A DNA stretch of 64,000 bases from Octopus sinensis (GCF_006345805.1 NC_042999.1:64170001-64234000), one strand, 5' to 3'. Shown: positions 1-15,434, counted from the stretch's first letter. A program made the numbers and translations. The notes: generated by a model not told the origin, from the sequence alone.

Positions 1-29
1 GCCCTTGTGGAAAAATTTGAAATTATTAT

Positions 30-597
30 TATTATTATTATTATTATTGAGAGACCAGTGCATGTCATCAAAGTGACACTGGGGTAAAATATACGAATCC
101 CAGTATACCTATCATGACTACCCGTCTGATAATGGTACACCAAGCACATGCATCACAACCATATGTGCGCAACATGGTCATCTCATATCAAGATTAATAG
201 CGCATGACCTTACAGGTGGGGCCCAGTTAGAATTACCTTCATGTTGAGTAGCCCATCCCGCTCAAAAAATCCCTGAATAAAAGTTGTTTAAGGATGTTGA
301 ACGAAACACCCATGTTTCCAGAGATGAATTATTCAAATCCCAAAGAATCCCTCTCAACACATGGCTATGATGCTCCCCCACTGCTTCTGCTCGTGATCAG
401 TGATGCATATATCATCGGCCACTAAGGGACATGCTCAACTGGTTAAGGTCAAACAACTGACAAACAAATCTGTGGTAATGAACAGAATATTTGCTGTATC
501 CCATCGTTATACCAAGACAGAACAATGTACATGATAACACTTCCAATCAGTTAAGACCAGAAGCCATGTGAGCCACTGCCTGGTACTGCATCGGGGC

Positions 598-600
<3 letters not shown>
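30..600 (-). mobile_element. Interspersed repeat (probably a retroposon) with (AAT)n tail
   Basis: Its end (gagagaccagtgcatgtcatcaaagtgacactggggtaaaatatacgaa) recurs inverted at about 45197-45250, followed by (AAT)n. Confidence 0.55.
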
Positions 601-628
<28 letters not shown>

Positions 629-654
629 TTTGTTGTTGTTGCTGTTGTTGTTGT

Positions 655-720
<66 letters not shown>
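601..720. repeat. Compound trinucleotide microsatellite (TAT)n(TGT)n(TAC)n
   Basis: Read directly from the sequence. Confidence 0.95.
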
Positions 721-721
<1 letters not shown>

Positions 722-1337
722 GCATGCCATTTAATTTCATCATTGCTATTACACTGTTCAATATACCTGACTTCCCTAATTAACTATCCCTAACTATGAT
801 CTATTTTACTATAATTACCTGTTCACCTCTCGCTTAATTCTTTCATTTCTGTAACTACCCTTCGCCTTCCTCTACTCTATTTCACCATCATAACCAACAT
901 GTATATATGTATTTGCACGATTCAACAGCTTCTGAAATACGTAACGAACAAACACTTTGATGAAACAACGGTGGCTATGTTGTAAGAGTATAAATCTTAT
1001 ATAATATATATATATATGATTGAATACATCTATATATGTGGATATATATGTATACGTACCGATGCACACACAGGCACACACACAAACACACACACACACA
1101 CACACACACAACACACACACACGCACACACATACACAAACATCTAATGTAGAGTGTGACGAAGGCTACCAGACCGAAACGTCGAAGCCACTGTCAACATT
1201 TGAAACCAATATATACTTACACACATACGCACATGCGCGTAAACAGACACAGACACAGACACACATACAGAAATAGATGTATGAATATATGCATGTGTGT
1301 GTGTGTGTGGTGTGTGTGTGTGTGTGTGTGTTGTGTG

Positions 1338-1372
<35 letters not shown>

Positions 1373-1658
1373 ACTGTTTTTCTCTATCAGTAAAGGGGAA
1401 ATGTTTCTAAGTATGCGCAGGATAGTGGATGACGCGCAAATACGCAGAAATCCCGGATCTAGCAAATACACTGCCACTGCTGGATGCTTTCGTCTGCAAC
1501 TGATAGGTTTTTTTTCTTAGCACTAAACGTCTATAGGAAACACTTTCTCAAAACGAATGCTGCAGTGTTGTGGCTTTCTTACAGCATGTCCACATCATGC
1601 ACAAGATATGCAGAACGATATATATAAAATTTCCTCTTTACTGATAGAGAAAAACAGT

Positions 1659-1689
<31 letters not shown>

Positions 1690-2263
1690 ACACACACACA
1701 TACATACACACACACACATTCATACATCTATTTCTGTGTGTGTCTGTGTGTGAGTGTGTGTATGTGTTTGCGTGCGTGTGCATGTGTGTGTAAGCATATA
1801 TTGGTTTCAAATAATTCAAGGCCAGCAATTTTCGGGGGTGAGGGCGCTAAGTCAATTACATCTACCCCGGTACTCAGCTGGTACTTATTTTATCGAAAGG
1901 CAAAGTCGACCTCAGTGGAACTTGAACGCAGAACGTGAACGCGGACGAAAGGTCGCTAAGCATTTTGCTCGGCATAGTAACGAAGCTACCAGCCCGCTGC
2001 CGCAATTGTGTAAGCATATATTAATATACGTACATATATACATTAATAGTTATCGCCAAGCTAACGTGGCAGTCCAGCAAAATAGGACGAGTGCTGCCGT
2101 TGATTATCTCCAAGAAACCATCGCCTCTAGCTAGCTATGTGACATACTAACCTGGACACAGTCCTATTTTCCTGGACTGCCATGTTAGCTTGTGATAACA
2201 ATTAATATTCAGTACCGTTGCCATTGTCTCCTTTAGAGAGATTTAGAAATATTAATATATATT

Positions 2264-2653
2264 ACTCTTTTTCTTGTTTCAGCCATTTGACTGTGGCCAT
2301 GCTGGAGCATCGCCTTTAGTCGAGCAAATTGACCCCAGGACTTATTCTTTGTAAGCCTAGTACTTATTCTATCGGTCTCTCCCCTCCGAACCGTTAAGTT
2401 ACGGGGACGTAAACACACCGGCATCGGTTGTCAAGCGATGTTGGGGGAAAAACAGACACACGCACATACACACATTTATATACATATATACAACGGGGTT
2501 TTTTCAGTTTCCGTCTACCAAATCCACTCACAAGGTTTTGGTCGGCCCGAGGCTATAGTAGATGATACTAGCTCAAGGTGCCATGCAGTGGGAGTGAACC
2601 CGGAACCATGTGGTTCGTGAGCAAGCTACTTACCACACAGCGACTCCTACGCC
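2264..2653 (-). mobile_element. tRNA-derived SINE family A (head GGCGTAGGAGTGGCTGTGTGGTAAG, internal (TA)/(TG) tract, LINE-like tail)
   Basis: A box and B box (GGTTCA.TCCC). Near-identical copies at 23878-24270(-), 29707-30138(+), 35142-35540(+), 41235-41628(+), 44047-44440(+). Degenerate copies near 8870, 18520, 27275, 39330, 46710, 51640, 54730, 62410. Confidence 0.9.
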
Positions 2654-4397
2654 TATTTATATACATACATACATGCGTACATACATACATACATACATAC
2701 ATACATACATACATACATACATACATACGTACGTACGTACGTACGTACGTACGTATGTATGTATGTATGTATGTATGTATGTATAATGCTTTTGAGATTT
2801 TTGTGCTAATTAATTTATTAGTAGACTTTACCAACGTTTACATCGTTATTGGGTCGAACCAAAGCACGCCATGTATGTCCTAGTTTATGTATATTATGAA
2901 CACTTTTGTAAGGCGAAAAGGAATGAAAACGAGCTTTCATCACCGCTGATGAAGCGGTAAATAAACGCAGAAGCTGGCTGCTCTTTGGCTTTCTTGTTTC
3001 ATAGTTATACAGATAAAAACAAATGGATTAGCTACAGTTGCTACTGTTTTTACAGTGAGACTAAAATGTGTTTACTAAAGTCACACACCCGTCAGTCAAC
3101 CAGTCTGCTACATTCCAGACTGGTGCACTCGGTGCCACCGATGAGGAAATTGGCAGAGAGAGAGAGAGAGAGAGAGAGACATGGCGGGGTGGAGTGCAGA
3201 TTCACTGTAGGGGATGACCTTGGTACCACAGTACAAATTTAAGTTAATTGTAATCCCTATTTCGATGTTTTTTTGTATGTAGATGTATATCTGTAATATG
3301 ATATGTGGAAGTCTGAACGGCTGCGGGTTGTTTTTCTTTCTTTTTTTCCTATTTTTTTTTCTTGTTTGTTTTCGTGCGAATGAAAGAGCATTAACGTGGT
3401 TGCCTGACCTACTAAACATAACGGCCAAATATTTTTTGAATTACATCACACTGCCTCGAATAGGAGTCACAAATTGGATAATATAGTTCTAGATACACAA
3501 ATCTCAAGAAAAAGGTGGGTTAGCCATGGATGGAATTCCATTGATTATAAGTCTCTCAGATCAGGATTGACTGGGGCTAAACAACAGCGCAAAATGCTTA
3601 GAGGATATTTAAAAACATTTTACGTCTCCATCTTTATTACCAATTCATAGTAAGGACTTCACACTTAGGAATAAAATCTTCGGAAAATAAATTTCAAAGG
3701 TTTTACGCTTGGAGATAAGACAGAGTCGTTAGAGCATTTGAATGAGTACTTTGCGGATTTTATTCCTATTCTCTGCTGTTTTGAGTTCAAATCCTATCGT
3801 GGTCAACTTTGACTTTATTCTTTGTACATCAATATGCGCAGGCATGCCTGTGTGGTTTAGAAGTTTGTTTTGCATAAGTACCATCTCTTTCTCTCTCTGC
3901 CAATTTCCTCGTCGGTGGCACCGAGTGCACCAGTTTTGAAGCCACGTGGTTTCGGTTTCAGTTCCACTGCGCGACACCTTAGGTAAGTGTCTCCTGCTAT
4001 AGCCCCAGAGAAGACTGGTCTTGTACTATAGTCGCCCTAGGTCCTGCACTAACTACGTTCCAGAGGGCCAATGTTCTTGGAGAGGAAGGACTAATCATTA
4101 TGCTCAGTCCTTTCTCTCCCAAAACATCGATCCCTCTAGAATCTCCTCTCGGTTCATGACTTTCGTGCTAATGTTGACTTGCAATAATTTAAACTGTGGA
4201 AAGACATCGTATTTAATTTAAACTATGGTGCAGGCATAGCCATGTGGTTAAGGAGCTCGGCACCTTGAGCAAGTGTCTCCTTCTATAGCGCCAGCTTGAC
4301 CAATGCCTTCTAAGTGTTGAAGCCAGTCGTCTGACACACTTACTCACGCACACACATACACACACGCACTCTCACACACACACATATACACACGCAC

Positions 4398-4445
<48 letters not shown>

Positions 4446-4550
4446 GGTGGGCCAAAGGTGACGCACAAAATAAGTTCATGCTTCAGTTTTTCTAAAATTA
4501 AATAATATATATAAAATAATACTGAAAACAAATGTACGTGATAAACAAAA

Positions 4551-4587
<37 letters not shown>

Positions 4588-4814
4588 TAATAATAATAAT
4601 AATTCCTACTGAAGGCACGAGGCCTGAAATTTTGCGGGAGGGGGGAGACAAATCGATTAAATCAACTCCAGTACTCTACTCGTACTTAATTTATCGACCC
4701 CGAGGATGAAAGGAAAAGTCGACCTCGGCGGGATTCGAACTCAAAACGTAGCAACGGGCGAAATACCGCTAAGCATTTCGTCCAGCGTACGAACGATTCT
4801 GCCAGCTCATCGCT

Positions 4815-4875
<61 letters not shown>

Positions 4876-5414
4876 AGCCCTAAGGCTGTTACCGTGCTGG
4901 AGCATCGCCAGTGTAATCACCATTTTAATGACCAATTCTATGTGAATGGCTTTTGATTAGGGCTTCTGGTGTTCTTCTTTAATCATCTCTTAACTGAATG
5001 TAGTCCATAGACTTGCTTGGAAATGATGGGAAAAGTGACTACTGTACATGTGGATCAAATATATTATAGAACCATTTCCTTCAACTTCCAGAAATATTAG
5101 GATGTGAAGAATGGAGTTTTAATATAAGAATTTATCTTTTAGTTCATCTCTGAAGTTTTCTATCTGCATTTATCATTGTCTTCTAAATCAGACGCAGTTA
5201 ATATAATTCCAAATGCTTTGGTGCGTGACTTTTGGCCAACTCTATATTTCTATAATTGCATGTCGACATTTATCTTGTAATATAAATACAGAAACAAAGT
5301 CTCGAAATATCTTCAAAACGTTCCATTAGTCTAATTATAGTCCATTCCCTCATCAGATGAAGTTATTCTCGAGGATATGACATTTTCACACACACACGCA
5401 CACACGTACACACA

Positions 5415-5451
<37 letters not shown>

Positions 5452-5778
5452 CTTCGCGCGCACACGCACGCACGCACATATACGCGCGCACAAACAAACA
5501 GACAAACAAATACGCTCTTATTTCTCTCTGTTAAACGACCAACAGCTAAATAGCCTATCCCCCTATCTCTCTTTCACGCCTCTTTATTGTCAACCCTTTA
5601 TCTCACAAGCTCACCCCCTCTGTCTACATCCCTCTCTCTCTCTCTCTCTCTATCTATAAATGTATGATATATATATATATGCACACATATATACACACAT
5701 ATATATACAGATATATATACACATGTATATACACATACATATATATACACACACATATATATAACATATACGTGTGTA

Positions 5779-5828
<50 letters not shown>

Positions 5829-7080
5829 ATATACACACACGCACACATCTATAAACATATTTATCTATCTATATTATACTAAAACTCAGTTTGCCTGTCA
5901 GATTCCCTGCCATTTGATTAAGATGATAAAAATTACAAATAAAACAATAATTTCCCGTTTTAAGAAAAAAAATAATCAAATTGAAAATGTCAATTTGCGG
6001 CGGCGACACTTCAAAGAGCCGCTACAGCTTCCGCCGTCCGTCCATTTTTTTCTTACTTTGTTTTTTCTTCCTTTAATCATTTATACAACTTTCGTAGTGC
6101 CGTGTCTTGAACGATAAAAAATTCTTCCTATATTTTTATGATATATCTTTTAATAAGAATTCATAAGAATATTTTCACCAGATGTCACCAAACAGGCCTG
6201 GTTCGAACCTTCTGACATCCGAAGCCAAAAAGATCAGAGAAAGGGAGAGGTATGAACTAAACCGAGAAAGACGTCTGAATAGAAAAAAGAGAGCGATTAT
6301 GACTTGTTTAATTAATTACTTAAGTATTTAAACTGTTCCCCTCATCCCAACTTATTCATTCTTTTCACCATCACACTCACCAAGCCTGCCTCTGCGAGCC
6401 AATATGAGAGTATCTCCTTCCGTGGTTCTTCAGTTCACAAATACCAGCCCACCACCACCACACCACCATCGACACCACCACAATCACCACCACCACTATC
6501 ACAACCACACCACTATCATCAACACCACCATCATCATTACCACCACCACTAACATCCCCACCATCACCATCAACATCACCACCACCATCATCACCACCAA
6601 AAAAAAAATTAGTGAAATTACTTTCTCTATCGTTTTGTGAAGGGGAAAGGGTAGTCCCCGTATCCTGTACAGAGCTTCCGAATCTAGGAGGACGGGAGAG
6701 ACAGAGAAATGGAGAGAGGGATATCTTCAAACCTGGTCCGCATGCTTGCAACAGAGTGCATCCCGCTGAAGGCACTCGAAGTGATTGGTGGTGGTGTTAA
6801 ACTGAGCGACGAATTGAATCTATCATCCCGTGTGGCCAGTTGTGGTTAGATTTGAACGCAGAGCGCAAAGAGCCGGAACGAGTACTGCGAAGCAACCGGT
6901 CCAGCGTTCTTACGGTTTCGGCAAACCACCCCTTTGGAGTGGTATTTCACGCGAGCCACACACACACACACACACACACACACACCACACACACACACAC
7001 ACACACAAAGGGTACGTACACAGACACACGAACGAACGAACGCACACTCTCACACGTCCGATGCACACATTATGAGAGAG

Positions 7081-7120
<40 letters not shown>

Positions 7121-7469
7121 TGTGAGTGAGAAAGTGTGTGTGTGTGTGTATGTGTGTGTGAGTGTGTGTGAGAGAGAGAGGGTGAGAGAGAAAGAGATTT
7201 AACACATATAAACACAAATAGAACGGCAGATAGAAAGAGCGTATGTGTTTATGCATGTGTGCGTGTGTATGTATGTCATTATTCAGTTTATTTCAAGATT
7301 TCTTGCCAATGGAGAAAGAACCGGTTTCTAATCTAGATCCAAGGTTCCTTCATTGGAATTTCAACATCAACAACAGGGTATTTTCGTTTGTATGTATGTA
7401 TGTATGTATGTGCATATTTGTATGTTTGATGTATGTATTCTCATGTATGTATGTATTCACATGTATGTG

Positions 7470-8010
7470 AAGATCCTTAACATCAGCTGGGAAGACAGAA
7501 GAACTAACGTCAGCGTGCTACAAGAAGCAAAAATGACCAGCATCGAGCCTATGTCATCAAAGGCCAACTAAGATGGAGCGGCCACGTGGTTAGAATGACT
7601 GACGAACGACTTCCCAACAGATCTTCTCTTCTACTCCCAACTCAAGACGGCAAGCGTACAAAAGGAGGCCAGAAGAAACGCTACAAGGACTCCCTGAAAA
7701 CGAACCTCAAAAAGTGTGACATCGACTTCACTAACTGGGAGGAAACGGCAAAAAAACAGACCACTCTGGAAAACCACCATCCATGAAGGAACGGCGACTT
7801 TCGAGTCGAAAAGGTCTGCAGAGCTGGAGGAGAAAAGACGACGACGGAAGGAGCGCCAACAACAACCACGTACAACTCTCCCTTCGGGCACTAGATGTCC
7901 GCACTGCGACCGATCTTTTCAAGCATGAATTGGTCTTATCGGTCACCTACGGACTCACCAGTAAATTTGCGCGAAGACCATCATCCTCGACCTTGAGGGA
8001 TTGCCATCAC
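7470..8010 (+). mobile_element. 5'-truncated RTE-clade LINE 3' fragment
   Basis: KILNISWEDRRTNVSVLQEA...QLRWSGHVVRMTDERLP...GGQKKRYKDSLK...CPHCDRSF...GLIGHLRTH (terminal C2H2 finger). Frameshifted and inserted in (TATG)n. Confidence 0.9.
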
Positions 8011-9277
8011 ATGTATTCTCATGTATGTATGTATGTATGTATGTATGTATGTATGTATGTATGTATGTATGTGCATATTTGTATGTTTGATGTATGTATT
8101 CTCATGTATGTATGTATGTATGTATGTATGTATGTATGTATGTATGTATGTATGTATGTATGAACTTAAACGGCAGGAGGACTTAAACGACATGCAAAGG
8201 TACACGAAGCCCAGTTACAACTACAGCCGGCTATTACCGGTAAAGGTTTTAGTTGCCAATTCTGTACAAGACATTGTAGATCTTTAGCTGGGCTAAAAAG
8301 TCACTTTCGATCACAGCACCAGTAACAGTTAAGCTTCGTGCAATGGCCATACTCGATAACGAAGGGGTAGCCATAATAATGTATGTATGTATGTATGTAT
8401 GTATGTATGTATGTATGTATGTATATGTATGTATGTACGTCTTTGTCTCGTATGTATGTCTTTGTCTATGGTTAGTATTCGTGTGTGTTTGGCAATAAAT
8501 GCTAATAAAATAGACAATTTCAGTCAGTGGTGAGAGCTACTGGTGTTAATGACATCTTAAGTGACTACTTGATTATCTGCTGAACAGCTCATTAGAACAA
8601 CCGTATCATCAAGATATGCCGCTCCACCCCCTACATACATACATACATACATACATACATACATACATACATACATACATACATACATACATACATACAT
8701 ACATACATAAGTGTGTATGTATTTACTCTGCAACGGAAGACAACTTTAATAATAAACTAATGTTTCTACTGAAGAAATGCGTCTTTTATATAAATTCACG
8801 TTGCAGCTGTTTGCAGGAGTGCTGCCCGAGGTAAACGCCTGGATTATCTGACCCCTTCTCACTTACTGTGATTTAGAAGTTTGCTTTCCGACCATATGGT
8901 CTTGGGTTCGGTCCTGATGCGAGGCTGATTGGGCAGGTATATTCTGCTGCAGTCCCAGGTCGACCAAAGTCTTGTGAGTGAATTTATTTAGTAGAAAGAA
9001 ACTGTGTGGTGCCAGCCGTATGTATGTGTGAGTGAGTGTTTGAGTCTGTTTTTGTGTATGTGTGTGTGTGTTTGTTCCCTCCTCCATCACTGCTTGACAA
9101 ATGGTGCCGGTGTCCCCGTAACTTAACCGTTCGGCAAAAGAGACCGACAGAATAAGTACTAGGTTTTAAAAAAAGAAGCCCTGAACACGATTTGTTCGAT
9201 TAAAACCTTTCAAGGCGGTGCTCCAGCATGGCCGCAGTCAAATGACTGAAAGAAGTCAAAGAATAAAGAATGAAAGT

Positions 9278-11482
<2,205 letters not shown>

Positions 11483-11578
11483 TGATTATTGATTGATTGA
11501 TTGATTGATTCTAGTTTCAGCTTATGAGCTGTGGCCATGCTGGGGCACCGCCATTTGGTGTTGCTACTTGGTTTCACT

Positions 11579-14571
11579 TCATGGAGGCTTTCTAGCAACT
11601 GCTATTTGGTGCATGAGAGAGTTCGATGCAGCTGCCCTCATCTGCCCCTCCTGCCGTGAAGTTGGTTCATCTGGGACACCTGACAGAAGAGATCCAGCTT
11701 CATTTTAAAGACATCTGTATCCACCCCATGCAGGTCTCTCAGGTTCTTCGGGAGGATATTGAAGAGCTGTGGGCCTCGGAAGCCCAGGCTATCACAGAAT
11801 CTTGTCCTACATCTTGATGGCAGGTTTGGAGTCCTAGGCACCACGCAGTGGCGCCCAGTTCTGGCATTTGCGTAACTCTCGATGCCAAAGTTCAGGACAC
11901 TTCCCTCCAGGATCTTCCAGATGTATATTATGGCATATCTTTCCCGCCTACGCTCCAGGGAATATAATTTAATCTCTTGAGTCTTTCCCAGTAGCTTACA
12001 TTCTGCATAGAGGCTATCTTCTTTGTGTAGCTTCGTTGGATCGCCTCAAGTTCTGTGATCAACTTGACACTGGATGGTGACCATAGCTGAGAGCAATAGT
12101 CAAAGTGGCTTAGGACAAGTGTCTTCCAGAGGACCATCATGGTTTTTTGTTCTCTTGTTCTAAAGGTTCTAAGAATCCATCCAGCCAGCCGTCTACATTT
12201 CATTGTCAGTTTAGCAACATGTACATGAAAGGTCGCGTCATCACTCATGTGAATACCCAGGTCACGCACTGATTGTGCCTCTGGGATTGCAATCCCTCCG
12301 GGTCCAGTGTATTCATTGGGTATTGCATTCAGTTTTGCATGCTGATAGTATAAAGCTTGAAACTTTCCAGCATTGAACTGCATGCTATTCTTTTCAGCCC
12401 ACTTGTATATTTCGTCCAGCTCACATTGCAGGTGTTTAGTGTCCTCAGGGTTCTGTATTGCCTGTGAAACTTTTGTATCATCTGCATAACTTGTGATCGT
12501 GGCTCTCTGCGTGGCTGAGGGCATGTCTGAGAGGGGCCATTATGAACAGTAGTGGTCCCAGAACAGTGCCCTGCGGAACACCGCTCACTATTTGTGTGTT
12601 AATGGAGGTGGCCCCATTGGCTACTACCACCTGACTTCTATCCTTCAGAAAGTCATGAAGCCATTCTCCCAGTTTTCCAACTATGTTGAGATCACGCAGT
12701 TTGTGACATATCATTCCATGATCGACTTTATCAAAGGCCTTTGCAAAGTCGAGATATATCACTTCCACATTTGAGTGGTTGAGCAGCCGTTTCAGCACCC
12801 AGTCATAGTGTTGTAGGAGCTGAGTTAAACAGCTTCTCCCTGGTCGGAAACCATGTTGGGTGTCGGGCAGCAAGTCATTCTCTTCAAGGAAGGTGATCAG
12901 CTTCCTTCTGACTATTCGTTCCATGACCTTGCTGATGTGTGAGGTCAGAGAGATAGGTCTATAGTTCTTGGCTTCCGCTCTGCTACCTCCTTTATGAATG
13001 GGGCATATTTTACCTTCCTTCAGTTTTCCTGGAAGTTTGCCAGCTGCAAGGAAGCTCTGAAAGAGGAACTGCAGTGGTCTTGCTAGGACTCTCTTACATG
13101 CTTTTAGGAGGATTGCCGGGAATCCATCGGGGCCAGTAGCTGAGTCTGTTTTCATTTCATCTATAGCCTTGGTTACATCGTCTTCCTTTATATCGATGTA
13201 ATCTATCGTCGCCGCCTCTGATTTTATATCTGCAGTGGTAAAAAAGTCAGTTGGATTGGTGATTTGGAGATGCCCAAGGGGTGGAGTGAAAACACTCTTG
13301 AATTGCTCATTCAGTATTTCACTTACCCTCATTGGTTTTCCTGTAAGTGTGCCATCCTTTTCGAGGAGTGGCCCTATTCTACAGTGCACTGTAGCTGTTT
13401 CTTGGCATACCTGTAGAAAGCTCTGGGGTTAGATTTTATGTTTTCTATAGCCCAGGCTTCTTTGTCTGCTCTTTCTTTTTCATGGGAGAGTTGCAGACAT
13501 TTTTCGATTTCCAACAGTTTTATTTTTAGGCGGGACTTTTCACTGCTTTCAATCTGTTTGTTTAGGCGATTTGAAAATTTCGTACGCCGTCTCATTAAAA
13601 TTTTCCTCTCTCTGGGGATTTTGTTCTTGTGTACAGTGGCCTTTCTCTCTGGGACACATTTGTAGCATATGGCTTGCATTACAGACATGAATTGTTGAAG
13701 TTTCACGTCGATGTCTGGCGAGGAGAGACATTTAGGCCAGTTTTGTTTGAGGATCTCTTTCTCAATTTGTTTCCAGTTTGCCTTATGGTAGTTCAAGCTG
13801 GAAAGATTTTGAGGGTTTCTTGGGCTGCATGTCCGTGCTCTCTTTTGGCCCGTACATGGTCAGCTCTATCATGTTGTGATCCGAGAGTAGTGTCGGTGTC
13901 ACTTTCACATTATGGATGAGATCCATGTCATTTGTGAAGCAGAGATCCAGTGTGTTACCTGCCCTGGTTGGTTGGAGTATTACCTGCTCCATGTACAGGG
14001 TGTTGATGAGGTTCAGGAGGGACCTCGCCTGTCCTCGTTCACATCTTGTCATTCCTGGGAGAGAAAGGCCCTCGGGCCATCTGACATTGGGCAGATTGAA
14101 GTCTCCCATAAGAAGCACACCTATGTGTTGTTCTAATGTGGTTAGAATTTCTTCTATTTTTATAAGGCAGTCTTCAAACTTGCCCACATGGCTTGGGGCA
14201 TCTGGAGGGCGATATGTAGCACACACAACTACATCAAGTTGCCTAATATGTACAATTAGTGTGTCACACACCGAGTTTGAGTATGACAAGAGGACCTGGG
14301 GTGTGAGGTCCTCACGGATGTACATAGCAACACCTCCATGACTCCTTTCTTTCCTGTCGGTCCGTAGTACAGCATACTGTGGTATGTGTAACTCCGCATC
14401 TGCTATGTCCGGTTTCAGGTGCGTTTCTGTAAGTGCTATGCATAAGGCTTGATTGCATGCAACAAAGTCTCTCAGGAACGGGATCTTTGTCCTGTTACTG
14501 AGTGTTTGCAGTCCTCTGATGTTCAGTAGGAGTATCGAGGTGAGGTGTACGTTGTTGCCGGCGGTGTCCAT
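11579..14571 (-). CDS. LINE ORF2 (APE endonuclease plus reverse transcriptase), broken by five single-base frameshifts
   Basis: APE motifs LTETHL, MGDFNLP, TLDLCFTN, SDHNMI. RT motifs YRPISLTS, YLDFAKAFDKVDH, GVPQGTVLGPLLF, YADD. C-terminal YSLERRRER and VPDEP...AASNSL. Start MDTAG at 14571, stop at 11579-11581. Confidence 0.93.
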
Positions 14572-15434
14572 CCTGTGTCTGTTTGCTGTGGTGGTCTGGT
14601 ATATAGTGGGTAGTCCCACCTGCGGGCTTGGGTTTGATGAAGCCAGGTCAGCTGCTGTACAATCTTTTGTGCCATGCACAAAAAAGATTGTTGCTCAGCA
14701 GCTGCTCTTTCGACAACATCATGTTGGCTGTTTGTGGCGCGCACAACATCTGCGTACCTCCGCTTTGGGGCAGGTGGTGCGTGGTCCATCCCTTTTCTTT
14801 GTGTTGATGGTTTGTCCATCTGCCTCGTGTCTCTGTGGCAGGGTCCCCGATGTGCAAAGCGGCAGCCTGCACCTTCCTTTCCATGCCAGGAGGAACCTCT
14901 CAGGTAGAACATACACACCCGTGTGCGCTGTTTGGTTCCATCCTTTGCGGTTCCACTTCTATTTCTGGTTGTTTCACTCTTTGGTCCTGCTTGAGCTTTT
15001 TCTTCTTTTCCTTTAGCTCTTCCAGTCCTTTTAGTTCTTCTTCCTCCCTCTACCTCTTCACCGGGTTCTCCGTCTCCATGGCCCTTGCTGCCGGTTGGAG
15101 AACTTGCACCTGGGTTCACTTCCCGGGCAGGTTTCTCATTCAAAACCTCCTCCCGGGCGTCCACCAGGTGGGGGTGACTTCTTTCATCGTCTCCATTCTT
15201 GCCATCTTTGCTCCGCTCGTTCTCAAAGATGGCATCAAGTGCGCCAATGTGCGACCGTACAAGCGCATATGAGCGCACGAATTCCTGTCTCTTTCGCTCC
15301 ATCTGAGCCGCTGTCCTCTTGTAGCCTCTGCTCTTCAGCGCAGCCGCAATCACCTCCCTAGGGCTATCTCCGCCGGCGCACTCCCATGCTCGTACGAATA
15401 AATCCAGCTCGTCACGTCTCCATGCTCTGGACAT
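14523..15434 (-). CDS. LINE ORF1, 303 aa, with N-terminal Myb/SANT-like (trihelix) domain and degenerate CCCH zinc finger
   Basis: WRRDELDLFVRAW...IAAALKSRGYKRTAAQMERKRQEFVRSY resembles the Myb/SANT-like signature. CMFYLRGSSWHGKEGAGCRFAH is CCCH-like with Cys2 changed to Ser. The frame is intact and overlaps the ORF2 start by about 49 nt. Confidence 0.75.
   Translation of the reverse strand: MSRAWRRDELDLFVRAWECAGGDSPREVIAAALKSRGYKRTAAQMERKRQEFVRSYALVRSHIGALDAIFENERSKDGKNGDDERSHPHLVDAREEVLNEKPAREVNPGASSPTGSKGHGDGEPGEEVEGGRRTKRTGRAKGKEEKAQAGPKSETTRNRSGTAKDGTKQRTRVCMFYLRGSSWHGKEGAGCRFAHRGPCHRDTRQMDKPSTQRKGMDHAPPAPKRRYADVVRATNSQHDVVERAAAEQQSFLCMAQKIVQQLTWLHQTQARRWDYPLYTRPPQQTDTGWTPPATTYTSPRYSY

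Noticed and set aside
1150-1190. Further hammerhead-like strings (here, 2943-2990, 44768-44805, 61100-61165)
   Set aside because: The core or stem I is broken. At best these are decayed Penelope-type remnants.
13916-15361. Plus-strand ORFs of 141-187 aa
   Set aside because: They are antisense shadows of the GC-rich LINE ORFs and have no recognisable motifs.
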